Of a DNA stretch of 64,000 nt, positions 38,059 to 50,313 are shown piece by piece. A program made the position numbers and the translations under genes. Below the pieces are notes generated by a model. That model was given only the letters and a program-made list of their open reading frames with translations, ran no database searches and was not told the origin of the DNA. Every line of letters begins with the position of its first letter. Position 1 is the first letter of the stretch. The DNA is from Octopus sinensis (lineage: Eukaryota), in assembly GCF_006345805.1 (NCBI RefSeq), contig NC_043010.1, positions 66,836,001 through 66,900,000 of the forward strand, written 5' to 3'.

Positions 38059-38540
38059 TTATCTATCTATCAAAGCTTCTTTGTCTACGTGCATGCCTGT
38101 CTGCCTGTCCGCACGTCTTCATGTCTGCCTGCCTGTCTTCCTGCTTGCCTGCCTGCCTGTCTGCCTGTCTGCCTGTCTGCCTAGGTATGTGTGTATGCAT
38201 GTATATATGTATTATGTATATATGTATGCTTGTATGTATGTCTGTAGCTATCTATGTTTTTCTACGTACATGCCTGCCAACCTACTTAACTACTTGTCTA
38301 CCTACCTACCTTCCTCCCTCCCTCCTCCCTCCCCCGATCCCTCCCTCCCTCCCTACCTACCTACCTACCTGCCTACTTATATGCTTGCTTATTAATAAAA
38401 CAAAAAAAAAGGTAATCAAGTAGAAATAGTCTTCATTATTACTAACATTCACACACACACACACACACACGCACACACACACACAAACGAACACACACAC
38501 ACGCACACACACACGCGCACACACACACACACACACATTT
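37700..38540. repeat. Compound microsatellite (TCTA, TCTG, TCCG, CCTG, CCTA, CA)
   Basis: Direct reading; this is the source of ORF 37548-38423. Confidence 0.9.
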
Positions 38541-39861
38541 GTTGTCATGAGTAGAAAAGGGAAAAGTCACGTTTGGGTTTTCATCATGTAGCCAAACATG
38601 AGTGGTCTTGTGAGCATTGTATAACAGACGGAAATAGAAAAATACGGAAGAAGACGACTGGGCGCAGCTGTTTCGGCGCTGGCAACGTGGCATGGCTGAG
38701 TGGTTGAACATTCGGCCAGTTTTTGGCGACAGTATTCTTAGACGCTGGAGACAAACCGCACATGCCCTAGTACGAGCGCAGAAATATGCGCATAAGATAG
38801 CTAGCTAGATAAATAAGTTTCTTTATTAGCCACACAGGGCTGCACACAGATGGGAAAAATTACAAGGTAGAGCTTTTCTTTTGGGGGATGAAAAAAAAAA
38901 AGAAAAGAAAAGGGGCGTAGGTTTTCGATCAAAAGGGATCGTAAAAGGGAAAAAAGAAAAAAAGGAAAAAAGGGGAAGAGGAAAAAAACGATCAATAGGG
39001 ATCGTGTATCACAGTGTCATGATGTACGGTCTAAAGGGGGAAGCAGATAAGGTTTATCCGTGTGAAGAAAAGCCTACGAAAAAGACCACGGCAACCTCGG
39101 TCAATATTGTTACATGTTACCACATTTGTTTGCAAGTGGGTAACCCTCTGTTTTCAATTTCTAGGTTCATAGGATCATGCTCAAGGTGGCTTCGTCATTC
39201 ATACATGCCATCCTTGCTACATTCACCCATCTTTTTTTTAAAGAGATAGGAGAGGGAGAGAACGAAAGAAATATTGGTTTCAAATTTTGGCACAAGGTCA
39301 GTAATTTGGGGGGAGGGGGTAAGTTGATTACATCGACCCCAGTGTTCAACTGGTACTTATTTTAATCAACCCCGAAAGGATGCAAGGCAAAGGCTACCTC
39401 GGTTGAATTTGAACTCAGAACGCCTAGACGGACAAAATGACGCTAAGCATTTTGCCCGGCGTGCTAGCGGTTCTGCGAGATCGCCGCCTTGAAAGGAGAG
39501 AAATATTAAAACGTCCGGTGTCAAATAAGTCAGCGTCGAATCAGTTGAGCCAAGACTCACGAGTCGAAACGTTTCATACGCCAGAAATTTGAATGGTCTT
39601 AGTGACTCACTCGACCACAACTCTGACAATGACACTCATTCACTCACTCACTCACTCACCCACTCACTCACATGCATATACACACATACACGCGTGCATA
39701 CATACACATACAGGTACATACACACACACACACGTGCATGCACATACACAGGCACACACGCATACATACGCCCCCGCCCACACGTGCAGCCCTATGTGCA
39801 CAGAACCAAATATCGTGAGCAAGTTTGTCAAATTGGCCGTTGGCATTGAAATTTTAAATAT

Positions 39862-40265
39862 ACTCTTTTACTCTTTTACTTGTTTCAGTCATTTGACTGC
39901 AGCCATGCTGGAGCACCGCCTTTAGTCGAGCAAATCGACCCCGGGACTTATTCTTTGTAAGCCCAGTACTTATTCTATCGGTCTCTTTTGCCGAACCACT
40001 AAGTGACGGGGACTTAAACACACCAGCATCGGTTGTCAAGCAATGCTAGGGGGACAAACACAAACACACACACACACACATACATATATATATAAATATA
40101 CATATATACGACAGGCTTCTTTCAGTTTCCGTCTACCAAATCCACTCACAAGGCATTGGTCGGCCTGGGGATATAGACACTTGCCCAAGATGCCACGCAG
40201 TGGGACTGAACCCGGAACCATGTGGCTGGTAAGCAAGCTACTTACCACCCAGCCACTCCTGTGCC
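39862..40265 (-). mobile_element. SINE B
   Basis: Full-length family B copy. Confidence 0.9.
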
Positions 40266-40289
40266 TATATGGTTAGCTGCAATGTATTT

Positions 40290-40985
40290 CCCGTTATTTT
40301 ACCGATTCTACCAACCAACGACCATGAGTAACCCATTCAAAGATGGGCAGGAGGTAGGTCAGATGTCAGGTCACTTGTGGAGAGAAGCACGTTGCTGCAT
40401 TCACCATTTGTCGATACATTCGCGGGACCTCCTGGGGCGGCTCATCGAGCAGAATCTCAGTCAGTCTCCGTCTCCACGGGACACCCCTCATCTGTCTTGT
40501 GGTCGACCAACACGAGCCATCAACCCAGTCAGATCCTCGTTGGTATTTTCCAGGGTCTTCTCAGGCAACCCACAAAGCAGAGTCCTTGTCGGTCCCTATC
40601 TCCACGAAATACCGCCTCATCTGGCAGTGATCATGCGATATGTGGTTGACCAGCACGTGCCGTCAACCCAACCGAATCATCAGTGAAGAGAACACGCTAA
40701 GCAGGGTCTAACTCGGAAAATCGAGCAACATGACCAAAATGTCTGAGCTAGCACTCCGAAATCATAACAAGTAACAGGTCGCATTCCACACCAATGGTAA
40801 CCCATAATCCTGCAAAGCGTCCCGGCACCGAAAGAGTTCAGGCGCCTCCCACAAGGGCTCCGGACTGTCCAAGTCTCACAGCAGGGACAGGGAGGACCAG
40901 AGACCTAAAGGATTTTGGAGCTGCAGAGTATACCTCCTCAAGGGATTAGGCTGATGATGGTTTTATACACCAGAATAGTTAGTGC
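40290..40985 (-). mobile_element. Possible Tx1/L1 ORF1-like remnant, inverted relative to the adjacent ORF2 fragment
   Basis: Broken frames (RRYFVEIGTDK/LCGLPEKTLENTNEDL/GVP..EILLDEPPQEVP) end in a degenerate CX2CX4HX4C-spaced stretch. Confidence 0.3.
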
Positions 40986-41089
40986 AGTTCGAATTGGGGG
41001 TTCAACATCTGATATCTGACTTTTCCCCAGTTAGATATGGACAGAGGGTCACGAAAATTTTTTCTGTTTTATTATTATTATTATTATTA

Positions 41090-42585
41090 AGCGGTGACAG
41101 GAGCCAATATCAACGCGGAAAAGTGAGTGGGCTTGCAACTCGGCACCTGGAGGAGCAAGTCCATGCCGCCCAACAGCGCCGTGGGGTGCTGGACAGTTCC
41201 TCGGAGTCTGGTTTGGTCCGGATCTCCCGGTGGAGAAAAACTGGGACGAGGTCACGAGCAGGGTAGCCAATCTCACCCAGAAATTGGCCGAAAGGAAGCT
41301 GCCCCTGAAAGGTCGAGCGGAGGGGGCGAATGCGTGCATCACATCCGTCATCTATTGCCGCTTGACCGTCGTCCCTTGCTCCGTTTGCTGGTTGGCCATG
41401 TTGGTGCGCATACTCTTCCGCTTTCTGTGGAAGAGGCGCGTTCCACTGCTCAGGCGACCCTTCTGCTGTCAACAGCCGCTGAATGGAGGGCTGGGCATGC
41501 CGTGGTTACTGATGTGCAGACATGCGCTGAAGTTGCAGCATCTCCAGCGTTTCCTTGACGGTGAGCAAGTGTGGTCACTGTATGTCAGGCACACTTTTCC
41601 ACAGCTCGTCTCTTTGGCTGAGCTGCAAACGTGGAATAGGCGTAGACCGAGGAGGAACACTTGGAACCTCGAGTGCCATCAAGCGCTCACAGCCCTCTAC
41701 TAGGCCGCAATGCGGTCGGTGGTAGTTCCACTCTAGCGTTCTCTAGAGAGCTAGTGGAGGGAAAGCGCAATGACGTTCTCGGGGAAACTCTGGGCGTCGA
41801 TGGGGATCAACTAACCGGTCTGTTTCGGAGAACTTTCAGGCCTGGGCCTATGGATAACTTCCAGAAATCCTTGCCTGGCAGTGCTACCGAGGGGCGCTGC
41901 CTGTTCAAGATAAACTTTACAGGCACGGAAGTGCAATCAGCCAGGCCTGCCCGAACGCCCATTAGCCGGGCGCCCAGAACGATGAAACCGTTCTGCACGC
42001 CCTAGTCCAGTGCCCGAGTATTGCTGACCAGTGGGTTTATGTCGAACACCTGTGGTCGCATGTAGGACGGATCCGGCTATCAGCTGAATCCATTATGAAG
42101 AGTGCCCTGCCGCTCTCTTTTGGCCGGGTGGGGCTGGCAATTTTTATTTGTCTAGTGGCTGTAGCGAAAGAGGTGGTATGGTGGACCCGCTTGAAAGGGC
42201 TAAAGAAAGACACCTTCCTCTTTGGTCAAGCCCTCATCAACTTTTTCAAGTTTCACTTGAAAAGGAAGCTGAGGGTGGAGAGGGAAGTGTTGCCTTGTAG
42301 CAAGTTTGTTGAAAAGTGGGTGAATGTTGGAAGAATGCATAGTGTGAAAGGACCAATTCTGAGTATACACCTGTGAGAAAAAGAAGAAGGGCTCTTACCC
42401 TGTTGATCAAGTACCCATGGCTTTTGTAGGTTTTTTCCACGAAGACTTTAAAGCGCCCCAACTATTGGGAGTTTTAATTTGTTCAGTTTAATTATTTATA
42501 TTGTTTACACACGGAAAACCCATTGTATGTTGCTGCATGTCATTTAATGTAGTTTTATTTGAGCCCTTGTGGCTAATAAAATAAT
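41090..42585 (+). mobile_element. Tx1/L1-clade LINE, 5'-truncated ORF2 plus 3' UTR
   Basis: INAE.VGLQLGTW, EKNWDEVTSRV...RKLPLKGRAE, FRFLWK...PLNGGLGMP, ETVLHALVQC and a C-terminal ORF at 42095-42376. Ends AGCCCTTGTGGCTAATAAA, with TTA repeats on both sides. Confidence 0.85.
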
Positions 42586-42614
42586 GAATTACTATTATTA
42601 TTGTTGTTGTTGTT

Positions 42615-43161
42615 GAGTGAGAGAGCAGTGCATGCCATCAGAGTGACACTGGGGTAAAATATACGAAGCCCAATATACCCATCATGACCACCCGTCTGAT
42701 AAGGGTACACTAGGCACATGCATCACAACCATATGTGCGTGACATGGTGATCTCATATCAAGATAAACAGCACATCACCTTGCAGGTGGGGCCCAGTTGG
42801 AATTTTCTTCTGGTCGAGTAGCCCATCCCGCTCAAAAAGTCCCTGAATAAGGGTTGTTTAAGGATGTTGAACGAACCACCCATGTTTCCAGAGGTGAACT
42901 ATTCAAACCCCAAAGAATCCCTCTCAACACACGGCTATGATGCTCCCCCACTACTTCTGCTCATGTTCAGAGATGCACATATTGTCAGCCACTAAGGGAC
43001 ATGCTCAACTGGTTAAGGTCAAACAACTGAAAGCAAATCTGTGGTATTGAGCAGAATATTTACTGTAGCCCGTCTTTTATACCAAGACAAAACACGTACA
43101 TGATAACACTTCCAATCAGTTAAGATCAGAAGCCATGAGAGCCAGTGCCTGGTACTGCATC
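42615..43161 (-). mobile_element. ~550-bp non-coding retroposon in (TAA)n, full-length copy
   Basis: Same termini as 48794-49341; no ORF and no pol III A/B boxes seen. Confidence 0.85.
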
Positions 43162-43166
43162 AAGGC

Positions 43167-43203
<37 letters not shown>

Positions 43204-43230
43204 GTAGTTGTTGTTGTTGTTGTTGTTATT

Positions 43231-43709
<479 letters not shown>

Positions 43710-43947
43710 CAGGAACCACCGTTTGGTATTGATACCAAGGAAAGAAGTCAGGGAAGCCAATACAGTTTCTACTTTTGGCCATGAACACCCTTTCGCTGTT
43801 TATAATCCTCATTATAGGTAAGTCAGTTACTTGTCCGTGTAAGACGTTGTTAACGTCCCTTGATTGTTGTCGCCCCCGACTTTTCACCTCACCATTCGTT
43901 AGCTTGAAACACCCGCGCATTGCCCGACTGGTTGAGGGCTGCGAATG

Positions 43948-44346
43948 CTTACTCTTTTACTCTTTTACTTGTTTCAGTCATTTGACTGCGGCCATGCTGG
44001 AGCACCGCCTTTATTCGAGCAACTCGACCCCGGGACTTATTCTTTTTTGTAAGCCCAGTACTTATTCTATCAGCCTCTTTTGCCGAACCGCTAAGTAACG
44101 GGGACATAAGCACACCAGCATCTGTTGTCAAGCAATGCTAGGGGGACAAAAACAGACACAGAAACATACACACGCATATATATATATATACATATATACG
44201 ACGGGCTTCTTTCAGTTTCCGTCTACCAAATCCACTCACAAGGCTTTGGTCGGCCCGAGGCTATAGTAGAAGACACTTGCCCAAGGTGCCACGCAGTGGG
44301 ACTGAACCCGGAACCATGTGGTTGGTAAACAAGCTACTTACCACAC
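43948..44346 (-). mobile_element. SINE B
   Basis: Full-length family B copy. Confidence 0.9.
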
Positions 44347-44796
44347 GATGACATTCCAGAGGCAAACAAACGAAAACGAAAGTAGACCAAATACAGGGCA
44401 AAATGAAGTAAATGACCAAACACAACAAAACCAAATACAAAACTACAGAAGACTTGACTAGCAAGAACCAAACCGGAACAGCACGGCAAAAGCATAAATA
44501 AAAGAGAATGTGAGGAAAATTTACAAAGAAAATTCCAACGATGGTGGAATTTATGAAGGTGATAATCTAAAGGGGATAAACAAAGAACTAAAACCTACAG
44601 ATTTCATATTTAGCAGAAAAAGCACTTCTCAAGAATAAATATCCACGATGGTAGATGTAACAGCAACAATAATAAAGATAATAGAAATGGCCATTTCAGA
44701 CATGATGAAAACAGACACGAAAATTAATGTCACCAGGTTAAAGAAGCTAACCTTTACAATGGAAAGCGGGTATACTCATACAAGAATATTAATTTC

Positions 44797-45174
44797 TGTG
44801 AGGTATACTTGCCATCTCAATATGGCTAACCAATAAGGATGGGTGTTACTGTAGCTTGTAGCCCCAGGAGAACATCGTCTCCAGCTGGCTTTACGCATAC
44901 TCTCTGTGCCCTTATGGTATTTGCAAAGGGAGGTCACCCTTCCCTCGTGAACCTAAGTGATACGCACGGACTGCAGTTTCTAGGTTTTTACCTGTCATCA
45001 GCGTACGATAAATACCATAAGAGCACAGAAAGTGTGCCTAAAGCCAGCTGGAGACGACGTTCTCCTGGGGCTACAAGCTACAGTAAAACCCACCCTTAGT
45101 GGTTAGCCATATTGAGATGGCAAGTATACTTCACATTGTCGTGCAGTTACTGTTTATACCTCGTTCAGAGATTT
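44797..45174 (-). mobile_element. Hammerhead-bearing non-autonomous retroelement, copy 2
   Basis: 12-bp direct repeat AATATTAATTTC at 44785-44796 and 45175-45186. Inverted arms at 44797-44922 and 45010-45135, then a 39-nt tail. Confidence 0.75.
44964..45006 (-). ncRNA. Minimal type I hammerhead ribozyme motif
   Basis: GTACG-CTGATGA-CAGGT AAAA ACCTA-GAAAC-TGCA-GTC-CGTGC. Confidence 0.8.
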
Positions 45175-45309
45175 AATATTAATTTCAAATTTTAGCAAGT
45201 TCGAAGGAAGGGGTAAGTTGAGTACTGGGGTCGATGTAATCGTCTATCCTTCTACCCCACATTTCAGGCATTTGTGCCTATAGTAGAAAGGATTATCATT
45301 ATTTTTATT

Positions 45310-45540
45310 TTCATTATCATCTTTCAATTCTGTTTCCATTTCTTGCCGAGTGTCTTCCCGACACCTACGGCAGAGAACCGCATTGGTAGGATATTTAAAT
45401 AAGCACACCAGATTGTTCGTTTACAAAGTCATGTGATAGAGAAAAAAGGAAGAAGGACAGAGAGAAAAAGCAAAAATTAAAAAAAGTAAACAAAGAAGAT
45501 AAAGGGGGGAAAAGGAAAAAAAATTCAGTGACAATGCTCT
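45310..45540. repeat. ~240-bp interspersed repeat (second copy at 49393-49635)
   Basis: Both copies share CTTG(C)CGAGTGTCTTCC...AAGCACACCAGATTGTTC.TTTACA.AGTCATGTGATAGAG...ACAATGCTCTT. Confidence 0.75.
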
Positions 45541-45769
45541 TCTTCTTCTTCTTCTTCTTCTTCTTCTTCTTCCAATCAGGACTCGCGCCGTTAGCCACAA
45601 AGAATAATCTCTAATTCGAGCCTACTCTAAGCTACTAAGAATGCGTGTGGCAACTTGAAGATCCACCTACCACACGCGATAGACTGGCGGTTGCACGGGC
45701 GCGAAAGCTACGTTGTTATCCTCATTCCGTAAACGGTGGCTTTTAACGGGTAGAGAGCTGAACCATCCT

Positions 45770-46048
45770 GGGGTACAGAAAATTCGCAATCTAGACTAGG
45801 GTCTGAAAGTTTACCACACCATAGTGGGTTACACCATGGTTCCTCTGCTTTGTGGCAGAAGTAGGAAGAAAGAGTGAGAGAAAGTTGTGGTGAAAGTGTA
45901 CAGCGGGCTTCATTCCCCCACCCCAGGAGCCTCATGGAGCTTAGGTGTTTTCGCTCAATAAACACTCACAATGCCCGGTCTGAGAATCGAAACCGCGTTC
46001 TTACGACCGCGAGTCCGCTGCCCTAACCACTGGGCCATTGCGCCTCCA
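45770..46048 (-). mobile_element. SINE C
   Basis: Family C head and body. Confidence 0.85.
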
Positions 46049-46069
46049 CATTACATGTAGTGGTTATTA

Positions 46070-47330
46070 TTATGGGTGTGCTTCGGGTCTACACCAGCTT
46101 GTTTGCTACGGGCCACATATTTGTCATGCAGAGGTTTTTGTTCCCATCTATCAGCCGATCGTTCAGATGCATTTTCCTTTGCTATCGATTCCACCTACTT
46201 TGCAACTACAGTTGTTGCACTTCCATCATGCTGTTCAACGTAGGCATTATGCATAAATTTGCTTGAAAGTGTTCTGCTCTCCTTCATAACAGAATAAAGC
46301 TTCTTACGTTTTTCATGGTTTGTCAACGAGCTTTAGCATCCAGTTGTTAGATGTTTCAAGATATTCAGCCAGTCCAATTGTGGTGGTTGTGTAAGAGATT
46401 TCAGACTGGATCAAGCCTCGACCTCCTTGAGTTAGTTAGTTAGTTAGTTAATTTTTTGGCTCAAAAAGCAAAAAGCAAGGCCATGTAGGGGGACATTGAG
46501 TTATGTACAGGGTGGTTTTCATGCAAAGAGTTCAGGCCATTTGCGGTCAAGGGAAACTTTGAACCGAGCGGTCGTCGGCATCTTCACTATCTCGTCCGAG
46601 AGCTTATTCCACGGACCCGCAACCCGGACGGAGAAAGCCCCTCTCCTTCGATTGAGATGAAATCGTCGCAGATAGAGCTTTTCGGAGTGACCCCGCAGCC
46701 GACGCTCTGGAGCAGGAGTGAAGAACAGCTCTTTCGAGAGGTTACACTTTCCGCTTATGAGTTCTGGGTAGGTAAAGACGATCTGCGTGTACCTTTGAGT
46801 GGTGCATCTTATTGTAAGTCAGCAGCTTACGGATTTTCCTGTCAATCTTTTCTATTTTGTTCATATTCTAGTTCAACACATTGAAACTGTAAATAGCAAC
46901 CGGAACTGCTAAGGAATTTATAGTGAACACCTTGTTACGTGCATTTAACTCGGATTTTAGGACTGCTCAAGCTCTCCTGTAACATTCCTTCCTGATCTTC
47001 TCTTTCATGCTTGCATGCTGAATGTCAGAGCCCTCGTGTATTCCGAGGATTTTGTAAGTTTGTTCCTGCTCGAGTTCTTTTATGATTGTGTCAACATCCA
47101 ACACCACTGAATATGGTCTTCAATTTCCCTTTCTGGAAAGTGGACTTAGCACATTTATCCAGATCAAATTCCATCCCGATGTCATCACTGAATGCATTCA
47201 CAGTACGTAGTTCCTTCAAGCTCATTTAAGTCATCCATATAAATGACTTATGTTTTTGTTACCAATTTTATATCTATACCCTGTTCCATTAAGTTCACTT
47301 GTAAGGAGTATTAGAGCTATGCAAAAATTA
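46070..47330 (-). mobile_element. R4/Dong-like reverse-transcriptase pseudogene fragment, interrupted by CR1
   Basis: ISHL.YMDDL, IGMEFDLDKCAK, YKILGI, NKVFTINSLAVPVAIYSF, DRKIRKLLT...MHH...DRLYLPRT|GGRGL and WEQKPLHDKY; multiple frameshifts and stops. Confidence 0.8.
46432..46762 (-). mobile_element. CR1 3' fragment (same family as 14491-14962)
   Basis: (GTTA)n tail, sequence homologous to 14645-14962, and an apparent 6-bp TSD TGAGTT. Confidence 0.9.
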
Positions 47331-47464
47331 TTATTATTATTCTAATTATTATTATTATTATTGTTATTATTATTATTATTATTCTAATTATCTTTATTAT
47401 TATTATTATTATTATTATTATATTATTATTATTATTATTATTATATTATTATTATTATATTATT

Positions 47465-47949
47465 CCATGTTTGACTTTTGCTTTGTATTTGTACAAGTTG
47501 ACTCCAAGTCTCACCAAGAGACCTCAAGAGACAACACGTTAGAAGTTCATGTTGGTGTTATGCCTTGGGTGTCCTATATTTGGTTTTGCACATTTCAACA
47601 TGTTTCCAAAACTTGTTACGCAGTGGTTCCCAAAGACTTATCGACATGTGTTCGCTCAAGTCAAGCAAATATTCTCATTGTCCAGACGACACACACACAC
47701 ACACAAACAGCATTACAAACACGGCCTGCACACCCACTTGCACATGCCACGACTCCGATTGGGATAGATCAGTTACCGGGCAACGTATATGGATTTTTTT
47801 TCTGTTTGAGAGCGATCAGGTTAATTTTTACCATTCTCGTTTGTGAGAGCAGATTTTATCTCAGATATTCTCATTTTAGAGATCATCTCCGGTTAATCGT
47901 TGAGAAGACGTTGGTATTGCGTTGGCGGAGGTTTGCGCTCTCCGAGTGC

Positions 47950-48013
<64 letters not shown>

Positions 48014-48198
48014 GTTTTTTTTATATCGCGCTTTCACTTCACTACCGAGCGCAGCTCTGTGTGCCTTGGGTATGTGCTGTGATGCTCTGATGGTTATTGT
48101 ACGGAAAGTGTTCTGCGTAGGATGTGTGCAGTGCCTAGTAGTGCAATTTTCTGTATGTTATATGAGTTTGTAAGTCCTGGTGTTTTTGTTATGTATTT

Positions 48199-48231
<33 letters not shown>

Positions 48232-48775
48232 TATTATTATTATTATTATGATTATTATTATTATTATTGTTTTTTTTATATCGCGCTTTCACTTCACTAC
48301 CGAGCGCAGCTCTGTGTGCCTTGGGTATGTGCTGTGATTTGTTGTGATGCTCTGATGGTTACTGTATTGAAAGGGTTCTGCGTAGGATGTGTGCAGTGCC
48401 TAGTAGTGCAATTTTCTGTATGTTATATGTGTTTGTAAATCCTGGTGTTTTTGTTATGTATTTGTCTGAATATTTTTTTATCATACCTAATGCACCTACT
48501 ATGGTAGGAATTATTTCTGTTATTAGATTCCACATTTCTGGTTACCTCTATTTCCAGGTCTTTGTATTTTGAAAGTTTCTCCATTTCTTTTAGAGACACG
48601 TTGTCATCTACTGGTATTGATACATCAATTAGAAAGCATTTTTTTTCTTCATGATCTCTGACAACTATATCTGGTCTGTTGGCCTTAATTTCTCTATCTG
48701 TGTGTATCGGCATATCCCAGAGTATGGTTGCTTTCTCGTTTTCTGTGACCTTTTCTAGGGTGTGCCTATACCATC
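47465..48775 (-). mobile_element. Stacked R4/Dong-like 3' ends separated by (TAA)n arrays
   Basis: ORF 48423-48713 has the RLE motif NRPDIVV...LIDVSIP...EKLSKYKDLEIE. The 3' end is repeated at 48016-48200 and 48268-48470, and a different 3' UTR lies at 47465-47600. Confidence 0.8.
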
Positions 48776-48793
48776 TTTATTATTATTATTATT

Positions 48794-49341
48794 GAGTGAG
48801 AGAGCAGCGCATGCCATCAAAGTGACACTGGGGTAAAATATATAAAGCCCAATATACCCATCATGACTACCCGTCTGATAAAGGTACACCAGGCACATGC
48901 ATCACAACCATATGTGCGCGACATGGTGATCTCATATCAAGATAAACAGCACATCACCTTGCAGGTGGGGCCCAGTTAGAATTTTCTTCAGGTTGAGTAG
49001 CCCATCCCGCTCAAAAGGTCCCTGAATAAGGGTTGTTTAAGGATGTTGAAAGAACCACCCATGTTTCCAGAGGTGAACTATTCAAACCCCAAAGAATCCC
49101 TCTCAACACATGGCTATGATGCTCCCCCACTACTTCTGCTCGTGATCAGAGATGCACATATCGTCAGCCACTAAGGGACATGCTCAACTGGTTAAGATCA
49201 AACAACTGACAAGCAAATCTGTGGTATTGAGCAGAATATTTGCTGTAGCCCATCTTTTATACCAAGACAAAACAATGTACATGATAACACTTCCAATCAG
49301 TTAAGATCAGAAGCCACGAGAGCCACTGACTGGTACTGCAT
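48794..49341 (-). mobile_element. ~550-bp non-coding retroposon in (TAA)n, full-length copy
   Basis: TTA repeats directly on both sides; highly similar to 42615-43161. Confidence 0.85.
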
Positions 49342-49687
49342 ATTATTATTATTATTATTATTATTATCATCATCATCATCATCATCATCATTTTCATTAG
49401 CATCTTCTTTCAATTCTTGTCGAGTGTCTTCCTGACGCCTGGGGCAGAGAAACGTACTGTATACATTGGTTGGCCATTAAATCAAGCACACCAGATTGTT
49501 CATTTACAGAGTCATGTGATAGAGGAAAAAAAAGAGGGAAAACAGAGAGAAAAAAGAAGAAAAGCAAAAAATAGAAAAGTAAACAAATAAAATAAGGGGG
49601 GGGGAGGAAAGAAGATTTACAGCAACAATGCTCTTATCATCATCATCATTATCATCATCGTCATCATCGTAATCGTTATCGTTATTC

Positions 49688-49749
<62 letters not shown>

Positions 49750-49777
49750 ATAATCATCATCATCATCACCATCATCA

Positions 49778-49829
<52 letters not shown>

Positions 49830-49944
49830 CATTATTATCCAGGAAGCCGTCGAGCTGGCAGAACCGTTAGCGTGCCGGACGAAATGCTTAGCGGTATTTC
49901 GCCCATGGCTAAGCTCTGAGTTCAAATTCCGTACACACACACAT

Positions 49945-50115
49945 ACATATATACGACGGGCTTCTTTCAGTTTCCGTCTACCAAATCCACTCACAAGCTT
50001 TGGTCGGCCCGAAGCTATAGTAGAAGGTATTTGCCCAAGGTGCCACGCAGTGGGACTGAACCCGGAATCTGTGGTTGGTAAGCAAGCTACTCACCACACA
50101 CCCACCCCTGCACCT
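49945..50115 (-). mobile_element. SINE B, 5' half
   Basis: Family B head. Confidence 0.8.
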
Positions 50116-50313
50116 ATATATATATATTTCTAATTTTGGTTCAAGACAAGCAATTTAGAAGTGACGAGCAAGTTGATTATATCGACCCCAGTTCTTGACT
50201 GGCACTTGGTTTTATCGCCCCCCGAAAGAACGAAAAGCAAAGTCGACCGCAATAAAATGTGAACTCAGAACACAATACGCCAGAAGGAATGCCGCTAAGA
50301 ATTTTATCTGACA

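Noticed and set aside
37548-38423. 291-aa ORF
   Set aside because: It is a compound microsatellite (SIYL/SVCL repeats).
39545-39575. Hammerhead-like GACTCACGAGTC-GAAACGT
   Set aside because: There is no CUGANGA core or stem I; similar coreless motifs lie at ~28900, ~29840, ~38670 and ~53420.
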